Origin: Chromera velia
Taxonomy: Eukaryota
Direction of reading: 5' to 3'
Assembly: GCA_018398765.1 (NCBI GenBank)
Contig: JAHBMJ010000488.1
Span: 1 to 64,000 of the forward strand
Length of the DNA stretch: 64,000 nt
Under the pieces are notes generated by a model. It searched no databases, was not told the DNA's origin, and was given only the letters and a program-made list of their open reading frames with translations. Below are positions 51,401 through 62,600 of the stretch, piece after piece. A program made the translations under genes and the position numbers. The stretch's first letter is position 1; each line of letters begins with the position of its first letter.

Positions 51401-54400
51401 CAGATCCGAGACAGTGCGTTTGTCCAAGATGAGAAGAAAAACGAGACGAGGGAGAATGTCCGAGAAATAACCCTGTGTCTCTCCGCCCTCGTTACAAGCA
51501 CTTCCTGTCTCTTCAGGCGCTCACAGTTCGTGCGTGTTGTCTTTCAATTCAGGTATTGAGTTTGTGTGTATCCGGTTGGGCCGACGGAGTCATGCGTGTT
51601 GTCTGTCTGTCAATTCAGGTATTGAGTTTGTGTGTATCCGGTTGGGCCGACGGAGTCCGTCTCCGCCGTCAGCGCACAGCTGAGGCGGCCGCCCTGGGAA
51701 CCCGCCTGGTTCGCTCTGTGGCGAGTCGGGCCGTGAGGGGATGGAGGACCTTCGCTCGGCAGAGATCTGAGAGAAGCAAATTGGAAAGTGTGAGTGAGGG
51801 GAGGAAGTGTTTGATTTCGGGTGTTGGTTTTCTCTTTTTTCTTCGTGCCCTGGGCCTTGTGAGGAATATGTTTGAGTGGCCTGAAGTGCGCTTGAAGGAA
51901 TGGAAGACAAAGATAGAGAAAACAGGAAGGAAGGAAGCAAAGAAGGATAGAGAGGAAGGGAGGAAAAAAAGGAAGCAGGCACGCCAGACAGAAACAAATG
52001 TGGTAGGATCGGAATTTAAATTTGCACTTGCTTCTCTTCTCTTTTGCTTCCTCATTCATCTTCGTTGCTCAACGAAATGAAGTGGTGATCGAGGCATAAG
52101 GGAGAAAACAAGAAATCACAGTGGAGGGAGGAGGAGCTTGACTGATGCAGTCTTTTTAACTTTCAGGTGGAAATGCATGGATGCAGTCGAGTCCTGTGCT
52201 TCAAAGCTTCATGAGTAGTTTCAACGATGGATTCGCTGCCAAAGTGACTTGGTCGGCATTCTTGATTTCTCTTTTCATAGAGCAGTTTGAGTACAGGAAA
52301 GAGGTGGGCGAAAGAAATGGCTCTTCATTTTTTGGAAAAACGATGTTTACACATACGTGCTCGGGGTGCCTACCTGATTCTTCTTTGCTTCTTTTTTCCG
52401 GGTTGCCTGTCTCTGTGTCTGTCTGTCTGTCTGTCTGGCAGGCTGTGGAGGACTGGAGGAGGAAGCGGAAGCAGAAGGAGCTGCTGTCGGCGTGGGAGTC
52501 GGGGACCCGGAAGATGAGGGCGTACAGAGAGGGGGGGAGTCGGGTGGCTACAGTCCTGAGGGCTTCTGTGCTGGGAGGGGCCTCCACGGCGTTGCGCATG
52601 TGAGTCAGTTTGTCTGTTTGGTTGGATGCATGGACACAAATGAATGCATGATGAGGTTCTGCTTTTTTTTGTTCGCTTCACGACTCGAAGAGTGAGAGGC
52701 GAGCCACAGTGTTTGTGGGAGGCACAAGTGCAAGAATGAGCAAGCCGCACAGAGGTTTCGAGAGGCGATACAGTCACAGAGTGGAAGTTTGTGCCTGTCT
52801 CTTTTTGGCTCTCTGTGAGTCAGGAGAGCTGCCCGCATATCAGCCGGTTGCCTGTCCGTCATGTGACAGGAGAAAAAGGCTGCTGGACATGTCTGCACTC
52901 GTGTGGGGGTCCGCTTGCTTCTGCTGGTTCAATCAGAATGCGTGTATGTGTGTCCCTTGCCAGCGACTTTCTGACGAACCGAAATGCCTCTGCCTGCCCG
53001 CAGGTGGCGCCAGAGGTCCATCATGGAGGGGGTGCTGGACAGATTCGTGTTGATCCTCGAGGGCCGGTGCTGGCTGGACAGGCAGCAGTGGACTCGCACA
53101 ATCGCGTCACTTCGGTCGGTTGGTCGGCAGGTGGAAAGTAGATTGGGAGGATATCCAATGGATGGGATCATTGGTGGCCTGCTTTTTTTTTTGGCCTTGT
53201 GTTTCTTTCCGGCTTTCCCAGTCCGTGTGCTGCTTTTTTGCTCTTTGATTGGAATTTCTTGACCGATGTTCTGTCAGCAGGGTACGGAATCAGAGGAATA
53301 AATCGACTGCACAGATAGATGTTCTCTCTTCTGACTTTCTTTTTCTTTCTTTCAGATCTGCAAAGGTGATGTGGGCAACGTTGAAGACCAAAGGAGACGC
53401 CGAGGAGAGTGAAAGAGCCCATGCAGTAGGAGACGGATTGCCCTGCAGTCCCGCCCGTGTCCTTCGGGGAGAGGATCGGGGCGCCTCTTCGTCGTCATCT
53501 GCTGCTCCTGCTGTGAATGGACACGCAGTTGGACACGCTCGAGAGGGAGCGGGGGGTGCAGAGGCCTTGCTGAAGGAGGCGCTTAGGGCCCATGGGTCGA
53601 GAAAGGTGGAGGGGGGGGAAGAGGAGAACGGAACGCCGGCAGATGGGCCATCATTACAGGTGGGCAGGCAGGCTGGGTTGCTGGGGGATGGATAGAATTC
53701 AGAGGGATGGAAGTAAAGTGATGAAGTTGACACAAAAGTTTATACTAGATGACTGTTTTTCTGGCTCTGTCTAGTGATGCAGGGTTCGGCTATTTCTCCA
53801 AAGTGAGGGACAGGGATTGCATTTGTTTGTTTCTCGAACGTCTCTTTGCTGTTAGACAGACACCCTTCCTTTTCTTCGGGTGACCTGCCTGCTCTCGTGG
53901 CCTGCTTACTGTTTCGACCTGTTTGAGAGTTGCTGTATACCTTGACGCACGCACGCACGCAGGTCCTTCTTGACGTGATGTGGTGGAGAGTGCAACTGTG
54001 CGAGGCGCTGCGTCGTTGGCGACGTGTGGGGAGACTCCTGGCGGAGGGGGGCACTTCTCTCAGGGCAGAGGCGTTCAAGAGAAGAAAATGGAGGGGGCAG
54101 ATGTTCCTAGGTCAGCCTGGTATTAGAGGAGGAAGGGGGATAGAGGAGGAGGAGGAAGAGTTTGCAGGGGCATCGGAAGAGGAAGAGGCCCCGATTGCTG
54201 ATGAGTCACCCCGGAGGCGGCCAGTTGGGGGCCCTCCCGTGCTGTCAGGGTCCGCCAGTGGGCGTTTGGAACGCTCTCTGAGGGGAAGGGAAAGCGGGGG
54301 GAGTGGGGGTGATGAGGGAGGGATCTGGAGATTGAACAGGTGGCCTCTGTCTCAGGCTGTGCTGACAGTCGGAAGCCCTCAGTGGCGTCGCGCTAGGTCC

Positions 54401-54784
54401 CGATTTCAGCAGGCAGTGGTAGAGGTGGGGTCTTGTTTGGCACCGCAGTCGGTGGATCGCATTTTCGTTGCGCTGCGAGAGGCTGCGCGCAGAAGACGCG
54501 GCGGGGGGTTGGGGAGTGCCGCTGCTTCGTCGTCGGCTGAGGAGACGGCAGCAACACCGGATCTGTCGACTGCGGTTTTCTTTGCGTTGGCCGATTTCTT
54601 CCTCGTCTATCTGCCTGTGTGGGAGGCCCATGTCAGGGCTCAAAGGGAAGACGAGGAGAGGCGAGAGCTCCAGCAGACACGGTGGAACAGAGAAAGGAGG
54701 AGGGCAGAGAGCGAGAGGGAGTATGACGAGGCAACGGGGAGAAGTGCAGCCACGCAGAGGAGGTATCATCACATACCTTTGTGA
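41178..54784 (+). CDS. Large multi-exon (~20 exons) Arg/Trp-periodic repeat protein, Sfi1-like (putative centrin-binding)
   Basis: Exons are joined by GT-AG introns. Recurrent Trp about every 20-30 aa in basic helices (LFSAWRK, AFDGWRE, ALREWKS, FFRAWRD, AFGKWVS, AVHKWRR). ATG at 41178, TGA at 54782-54784. Exon boundaries are approximate. Confidence 0.65.
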
Positions 54785-55531
54785 TTCGTCCATCCCCTCC
54801 TTCAGCATGCTCTTTACGGAGACTGAGTGTAACGACTATTTGGGACGGGCCAAAGGACGCACGGTCACGTACCCTTGTAAATTGAGTTGTCAATTAAGTA
54901 GTGTTTCATTTATCTAATCGAACATCGAAACTGTGGGTTGGCTAGTGGGTTAGGCAGCGGGTGAAAGGGTTGCTCATCAAGAACAGACTAGAGAACAGAG
55001 CACCAGCGACTGTCTGAAATTGCAATAGCACAACCTTATTTGCAAAATATCAGCTCTGAACTTGCCTACGGAAGCTAGCTAGTGCAAAACAATTTATATG
55101 AATTATCATTATAAAATGATACACTGCTGTTATACGCACTCAGCTTTAAACAAACAATTAGGTCTAAAATTAGATATATTTAAGCTATTATAAAATGACT
55201 TTTGATTTACAAGTAACCGGGATTTTACGAAATTTTAAGGTAAAATTTTAGTAGTACTGGTATAGCAGGGATTTTATTTAGGATTTTAGCAGATTATGCT
55301 GCAAATAATTAACTGAAAAGTGATTAGCAGATTCTGTGAAAATTTCCACTGAAAAATTTATTGTTAGACAATGTAGACATTATCTTAAACATTTAGTGAG
55401 ATAGGGCATCGTATGCATTGCAGAACATAGAGCTAGATAAGAAGTAGTGAGTGTTTGAATTTTTAGAATAAAAAGACATATATGCAGGATTATCCAGGAC
55501 AGTCAGCTTCTTGAGCAGGCTTCAGGCCTAG

Positions 55532-55772
55532 CAACCCCCCTGACACTCCAGCAAACTTGAAACGCCGCGCCGTAGGTGCGGCCAGACTTGAAACGCCTGC
55601 GCCGCGGGCGCGGCTTAACTTGAAGGTAGCATGCCGAAGGCGCGGCCAAAATAAAGTGTACTTAAAATTTTTTGTGGAAGGCGCAGACAGTCTTGAAAGA
55701 ACCGTGCCGCCGGCGCGGCCATGCAGTATTAAAAAATCTATTTCAAGATAGACTGGAGTGTCAGGGGGGTTG
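55532..55772. mobile_element. MITE-like non-autonomous DNA transposon (~240 bp)
   Basis: Perfect 20-bp TIR CAACCCCCCTGACACTCCAG (55532-55551) / CTGGAGTGTCAGGGGGGTTG (55753-55772), with flanking direct repeat GCCTAG (55526-55531, 55773-55778). Confidence 0.88.
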
Positions 55773-58700
55773 GCCTAGCTTTACGCTGAACTTGAAGACT
55801 CTAGTGAAGACTGATGTGCTAAAGTGCCGATGTACTCAGAGTGATGTTAGAGTAGGGAAAACACTAGGAAAAACATTGAGGAGATAAGAATAAAAACAGA
55901 TGAAATCGATATGAAAATGACATTTAACAAGACTTTAAGTCTTAAATCATATCTATAAATTTAGTTTTATAATAGAGTCTGATCCCAAACTTTAAAGTTT
56001 AAACTTTAAAACTGAGAAACTCTGTCAAACCTGAGCACTAGCATATACACTAAAAAAAAAAATGAAATCACTTTTTCAAAAAAAAAAGAAAATGTAACAA
56101 TATGGTTGAAACTAAGATTAGTATATGAAACTATTTATTGACAACTTCATTCGTTTTATTGCCTGTTGAGGTCTTGTATACCATTCAATGCGTGGGTTCA
56201 GCGACTAGCATTAAACGCGCTCGCGCTCGATCCCAGCATGTCCGCATGCATGCACGCATGTAGTACACGTGCCAACCATCGGGATAGACTCCCAGATAGT
56301 GCCCAGTGCTTGGTACCCTCTGTGAACTCAGATTGGTCAGACGTCCTGCATTTCTCTTGATCGCGCTTTCTTATGACTGCACATTCCCTTCACTGCATGA
56401 CTGGCTAACTGGTGCAATCTTATACTACTGCAAAGACAGACTTCATTTCTCTCTCAAACCAATAGATGCCACGCAGCAGCAGGCTATACTTACTTCAACA
56501 CAGACTCAGATACTAAGCAACTGCACTTACTCAGACACCCCCTCAGTCCATTCCAACGACTGAAACTAAATGACCTTTCCACCTCTTTACTTCCTCGTTC
56601 TGTCCGTCTCTACATTCACCACCCGAACCGAAATCAAATCAAACCTGAAAGCACCGACCGACCGATCGATTGCCCTCCTTCCTTCCTTCCTTTTCGACGG
56701 ACTGCACATGAGTTTGACAACAAAAGGGAACAAACACGCTGCGATTTCTCTTGCCTTGCTTCCTCCTTACTCCCTCTTCTCACCCTTCCGCCGTATGGCA
56801 TTCATTCCGTTTCCATCCATACCTCCACCGACCAACCAACCGACCGACCCACCAGCCTACCTGCCCATGGGGAGAGGTGCCAAGTGGCATGCAAGCACAG
56901 CTCTCTGCTCTTCCCTTCTTCTCTTCCCCCACCCACTACAGGTCAGTCAGCGGCACTTGCCTCCCCTCCCCTCTCCTGTCCCGGCTCTGAGTTGCTCGAG
57001 TTGAGTTGAGTTGAGGCAAGCACGGACAGGATAGTCTGACCGGACCCGACCTGACCACATTCAGTCAGACAAGACGGTCAGGAGGACGGACAGACAGACA
57101 GATAGACACAGACAAGATATAGGAAGAAACAAAGAGATTGAGACCAACAGAGATAGAGAGATAGATACAGACAGACACGGCGGTACACCATTGATGGTCA
57201 GACAGAGAGCCGAAAACTGACAGGGAAGGGGGATTGACTGATTCTCTGCACGCATAGAGAGAGAACCTGCCTACTCCTTCCCCGCACGCACGCGCACATA
57301 CGCATACGCAAATGCTCCCTTTTCGTTTGGTCCTCTTGTGTCTGGTCCGCCTTTGTTTGCTCGGTGTGGAAAAGAAGAGAAGAAGAAAGAAAGCGTTGCA
57401 TGCCCCTTTCTCCCTTCACCCCTCATTCTAACACCAAAAGCAAAAGTGCTCACCCCAACTACCTGACCTTTCCCCCAGTTCTTTTCCCTTTCCGTCTGTC
57501 CGCAGAAGGAAGGGACAGGGAGGAATGGCGGTTTCTTCTAACTTACTACTGATCTGCTTCTCTTTCTCTGTCTGCTCTTGAAATAAAGAGGACATATTTT
57601 GAAGGGGGGAGAGAAGAAGGTCATGCACTCACGCAACGAACGCAGGAGAGGAAAAGGGAAAGAAAGGCATGAGACATGAAGGGACCGGAAGGCAACTCAA
57701 CCCCCCTGTCCGCCCATCCATCCACAAATCAATCAAGCATTTGATCAAAAAGTCAAAGTTGGTGTTTGGCTCGTCATCCAAACGTGAGGCCTGCCTTCTT
57801 GCAGGAAGGTTTTTCTTTCTTTCACTCATCTTCTTCCTTTCCTTCCGACATCAATCAACGTGCGTCTGCATGTCAGTCGGTCTCCCCCTCTCTCACTCAT
57901 CTTTTCGCTTTGCATGGACACGAACAACGCACAGGCAGGCAAAGAAGAACAAGCAGGAAAGAAGGCCGAAGAGAGACGGACAGAAAAACGGAGACGGGGA
58001 GGAAAGAAGAACACATGTATGAAAGAAGAACGACAGGCAGCCTCCCATCGCATTTTGAGTTGAAGAGAAAGAAAAGAAAAAGAGAGAAAAAGTACAGAAA
58101 GAGAAGGAAAGGAGAGAAAGAAAGCCAGAGAAGAGAAGGAAAGGAGAGAAAGAAAGCCAGAGAAGAGAAGAGAAGGCAGAAAGAAAGAAATAAAACACGT
58201 TTGCCGATAAAGAAGAAGAAATGGCAAATGACATGCAGATACAGATCCTTGCAAGGGGAAGAGACAAGAAAAAGGAAAGAGGGGGAAACAGAAGGGAAAA
58301 AGCTAGAGAGGAAGAAAGTTTCTGGCCGAGAGGCTAGAGAGAAAGAGAGAGAGAAAGAGCGCACCCGCCCCGGCTTGCTCTGCCTCGCCCGCACATTTTG
58401 ATTTTCTTCTTCACAGTTTGTTGTTGGAACTTTTATCCGCCAATTTTTCTGTCTGCATTTCTCTTGCTTTGTGGGCCAAGCTCATTTTTTCCTCTCTTGC
58501 TCCACCGACCTCAACGTCGTCTTGCGCACATGCATTTCGCGTGGCCCTTGCGCAGTCAGAGCATGCCTTGTTTTGTTCTCTTCGGATCGCAACCAAACAA
58601 GCAACATCCACCCCCGTTCTCCTCTTTGTCTTTGATTTCTCCTCGCAGCTCCAAGATCATGGGCAGCTAGAGATAGACTGAAGGATCGAAACTCTTTTTC

Positions 58701-59352
58701 ATTCACTCATTCATTGGTTCAATCAAAAAGCGTGGTGACTGTTAAACGAGCAAAAAGGCATGGAAGAAATAGATTTTGGGGGTCCATTTATTAACAGAGG
58801 AGGCAGGCAAGCAAATGGGCATGCATGCAGACAGGCAGGCAGAAAACAGACACAGAAGAGAAGGACAATAAGCAAGACAAAACACTGAGAAATATTTCTT
58901 TAAAAAGGCGACAAGCAAACAGACACACAGAAGACAACTGCAGGACTCTTCAGGTGTATGCACGCATCGTGACTGACGCACGCACTCAGGCTCTCCCTTT
59001 CTTCCTTCCTTCCAGAGAAGACCGAGAGCTGACACAGCGGACATTTCTTTCTTTCAAGGAAGGATGCCACCATGCAGGCATCACAGAGGCACAAGAGGCA
59101 ACGAATGCCCACGACAGGCACGCAGGCAGACTGAACGAATGAAGGCACGACAAACGATTCTGCATAGCTCTTTCTTTCACTCTGTATCTCTCTCTCTTCT
59201 TGTCCTTGCTCTCATCATCCGACTCCCGAGATGACCCTTTTTGTTCTCCAGAGAGTGAGTCTGAAGAGAGAAGGAAAGAGAGACCAGAGCGGAGCAGCGG
59301 CGAGAAGGCAATTAATTAATTAATTAATTAACACTCTTCCCCCCTCCTGAGC

Positions 59353-59603
59353 TTAGCTCGTCGTCACACCCTCAATTCTGTCCTCCACGTCTTGGTAGAG
59401 TTCCTGCAGCCTCTGGATGTTCTCCTCCGAAGTGTCCCAGTATCCTCTTCCGTAGGCTTCCAAGAAAGTGCCCACCTGCAGCAGAGAGAAAGAAGAAAGA
59501 AAAGCGAACAGGAGGCGAAGACGGGAAATAAAGAGGGGCGAGCGTGCTTTGAGAAATAGATACTGTAGTCGCAACATATAAACTGGACAAAATGCAATGC
59601 AGC

Positions 59604-59640
<37 letters not shown>

Positions 59641-62600
59641 CAAAAAAGAAAGAGAGACAAACTGCCTCACTGCCTGCTGACTAACCATGTCTCTGAAGGA
59701 GTTGGGGTTGAGGTCCAGGAGTCTCTGTCTCATCTCATCGTCCTTGATGAAGACATCGTTGGCGTCCTCGTAGATGAAATTGTCCACCTCCCCAGAGGTC
59801 GCACTCCACCCCATCGTGTTCTTCAGACGCTTCTGGATCTCCCGAACGCCCTCGTACCCGCTCTTGAGCATCCCCTCGTAAAATTTGGGGTTCAACAGCT
59901 TCGTGCGTGCGTCAAGACGCACAGTCTCGCTCAGAGTGCGCACCTGGGCGTTGGCGGTGGTGGTGTCAGCCATGAAGGCCTTGGGCTTCTTCCCGTCGTT
60001 CCTCAATCCTGCAACGACCTTTGTGGGGTCAGAGTCGTAGTAGTGGGAGACGTCGGTCAGGGAGATTTCAGAGGAGTCCAGGTTCTGCAGGGAGTCAAGG
60101 AAGAGACAAGCAAACACAGAGGAAGAAACGAGTTTGTGTGTCAGGAACAGACGCATGCAGTGGAAAAAAAGAAATGAGGAGACGGATGCGACTCAAACAC
60201 AGAGCATCAGACCAGGTCCGAAGGTAAGAACTAGGTGGAGGAAGAGGGGAAGGGAAAGTACACACGGACAGAGGAAGAGGAAGCAAAGAGCGATCTTCAC
60301 AAAAAGAACACACAGAGAGCTAGAGAGCTCGGTTAGGCTGCTTTCTTTACTCACGTACCTGGAATGTGAGGTCGACTTTGCTGAGTGCGGACTTGAAGAG
60401 GTCAGTCTGTTGAGACATCTCTCCGGGCTTGTCGGAGTTGAAGGCGAAAGATTTCCTCGTCAAGAATTGTTCCTGGAGCTGCTGCTCTCCCTCCCATCCT
60501 CCATTCTCAATCGTCAGTCCGACGTTGGCAGAATATGATCCTGCGCTGTTGGAGAACACGCGGGTGGCTGCGTCTCTGATGGAGACACCCAGAGACTCTG
60601 CCTGCTCTCTCGCGTGCTTTCTGACGAAGTTCATCTCCTCAGGCTCGTCTGCCTCTGCAGCAAGCTTGACGGCCCTGTCCATCAGGGACATCTGGTTGAT
60701 GAACAAATCACGGAAGATTCCAGAACATGTCACGACAACATCAACACGGGGGCGTCCGAGCTCTTCAAGGGGAATCAACTCGACCTTGTTCACACGTCCG
60801 AGAGCATCAGGAACGGGACGCACACCGAGAAGGGCCAGGACCTGGGCGAGGGACTCTCCGTAGGTCTTGATGTTGTCAGTGCCCCAGAGTGTGAAGGCGA
60901 CGGACTCCGGGTACTCTCCCGACTCCTCCTTTGTCCGTGCGAGGAGACGATCAACGACCTTGAAGGCAACCTCGACGGCGGGCTGTGTCGGGATGGCCTG
61001 GGGGTCCAGTGCGTGCATATTCTTTCCTGTGGGGAGCACTCCGGGGTTTCTGATGGGGTCTCCTCCAGGTCCGGGTGTGAGGAACTCGCCGTCGAGGGCG
61101 TCCATCAGCCCCCCCATCTCGTTGTCTGCCACGATCTGCTTCAGGCAGAAGTCCAGGAACTCAAAAAGAGGAACCATGTCCTTCTGCAGGGAGGGAGGGA
61201 GGGACAGAGAGAGGGGGGAGAGGGAGGGGCGGCAAACGATGGTGAGCTATTTGCAAGGAAGAAAAGACAACAAGTGGGAAGAAAAAGTAAAAGCAGAAAA
61301 CTAAGAACCACGACCGAATAGAAAGGAAAAAAAGAACTGAGAAGGCAGAAGAAAAAGAAGAAAGAGCAAGGCCGGCAGAAAGAAGCCTCTTGCATCTGTC
61401 CCAAAGCGCAGCAACTCAATAAATTCCTTCAACAGAACAGAAAAGAACCAAAGAGAAGAAAAGAAAAGGAAAGAAAAGACAGACCTCATTGCACTTATCG
61501 AATCCGAATGTCTGAAGAGCCTTTGTCCATGGTTTCTTGGTGAAACCGCCGAAGAGAGATCCGGCAATTTCGAGGAAGGACTTGGAGTCCTTCACTCTTC
61601 CTGTCGACTTATCAACGTTTCTCTCCACTCCTGCTGCCACTGCCGCTCTGGTGGCCTCTGTGATTCTCTGCAACAAGTCGACATCCTCCAACACACCGTT
61701 GTCAGCGTTCTTGTAGATCTCGTCAATGTCCCTCCCGAGACTTTCCGCGATGATGCGGGGAAGGGATTTCGTGCCATCCTCAGGTCTGTCGATTCCGGCA
61801 ATGTTCACCAGAGTCGCCACTGCCTCCTCAGCTGAAGGGGGGACTCCGACGGTGTGAAGACCACACGGCAGCAGTCTGCTCTCAATCTCCATCAGCTTCC
61901 GGTAGACAAGACCGACAACAGTGTCGCGTCCCTCCATGGTGAGATCCTTGGTGTCCTCGTCCTGCTTTCATGAGGAAAGGAAGGAAGGAGCAAAGGGGAT
62001 GGATTCGAAGGTCAAAAAACGAAAATGGAGCGAAATCTCCTGAACGAAGACATGAAGAAGAGAGGCACTTGAACCCACTGAATGCTGGCAGAAAAAAACA
62101 AATTGAATTAATAAGAGGCTGCTGTTCAACAAAACGAAAACCGGCGGCGCTTCTTTGCTTCTTTCCATGTGATGCACACACCCCATCTGACTGCCTGCCT
62201 GGCTGACCGACCTCTCCGGGCAGGTCGATGTCCTTGTCGAGGTTGCACTGCCTGGCGGTAGCAACGATGGAGTTGCAGATGGAGGGTCCTCTTGCTTCGT
62301 TCTCTCTGAGGGCCTGGTAGGACTTGACCAACTCGGAAAGCTCCTTCAGACCCTTGTACAGCCCGGCGTTCTCAGCAGGGGGGGTCAGGTAAGAGATCGT
62401 GGCGGCGTAGGAGCTGCATTCATTCGTGTTTTCATTCATTCATTCATTCATTGATTCATTCATTCATTCACTCATTCATTCATTCACTCGTTCGTCATTC
62501 ATTCACTCGTTCGTCATTCATTCATTCATTCATTCATTCATTCATTCATTCATTCACTCGTTCGTCATTCATTCATTCATCCATCCATACATTCATTCAC

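Noticed and set aside
56200..59350. Possible extra gene or micro-exons downstream of chlH
   Set aside because: Some splice-like motifs are present, but I could not build a coherent reading frame; the ORFs are low-complexity.
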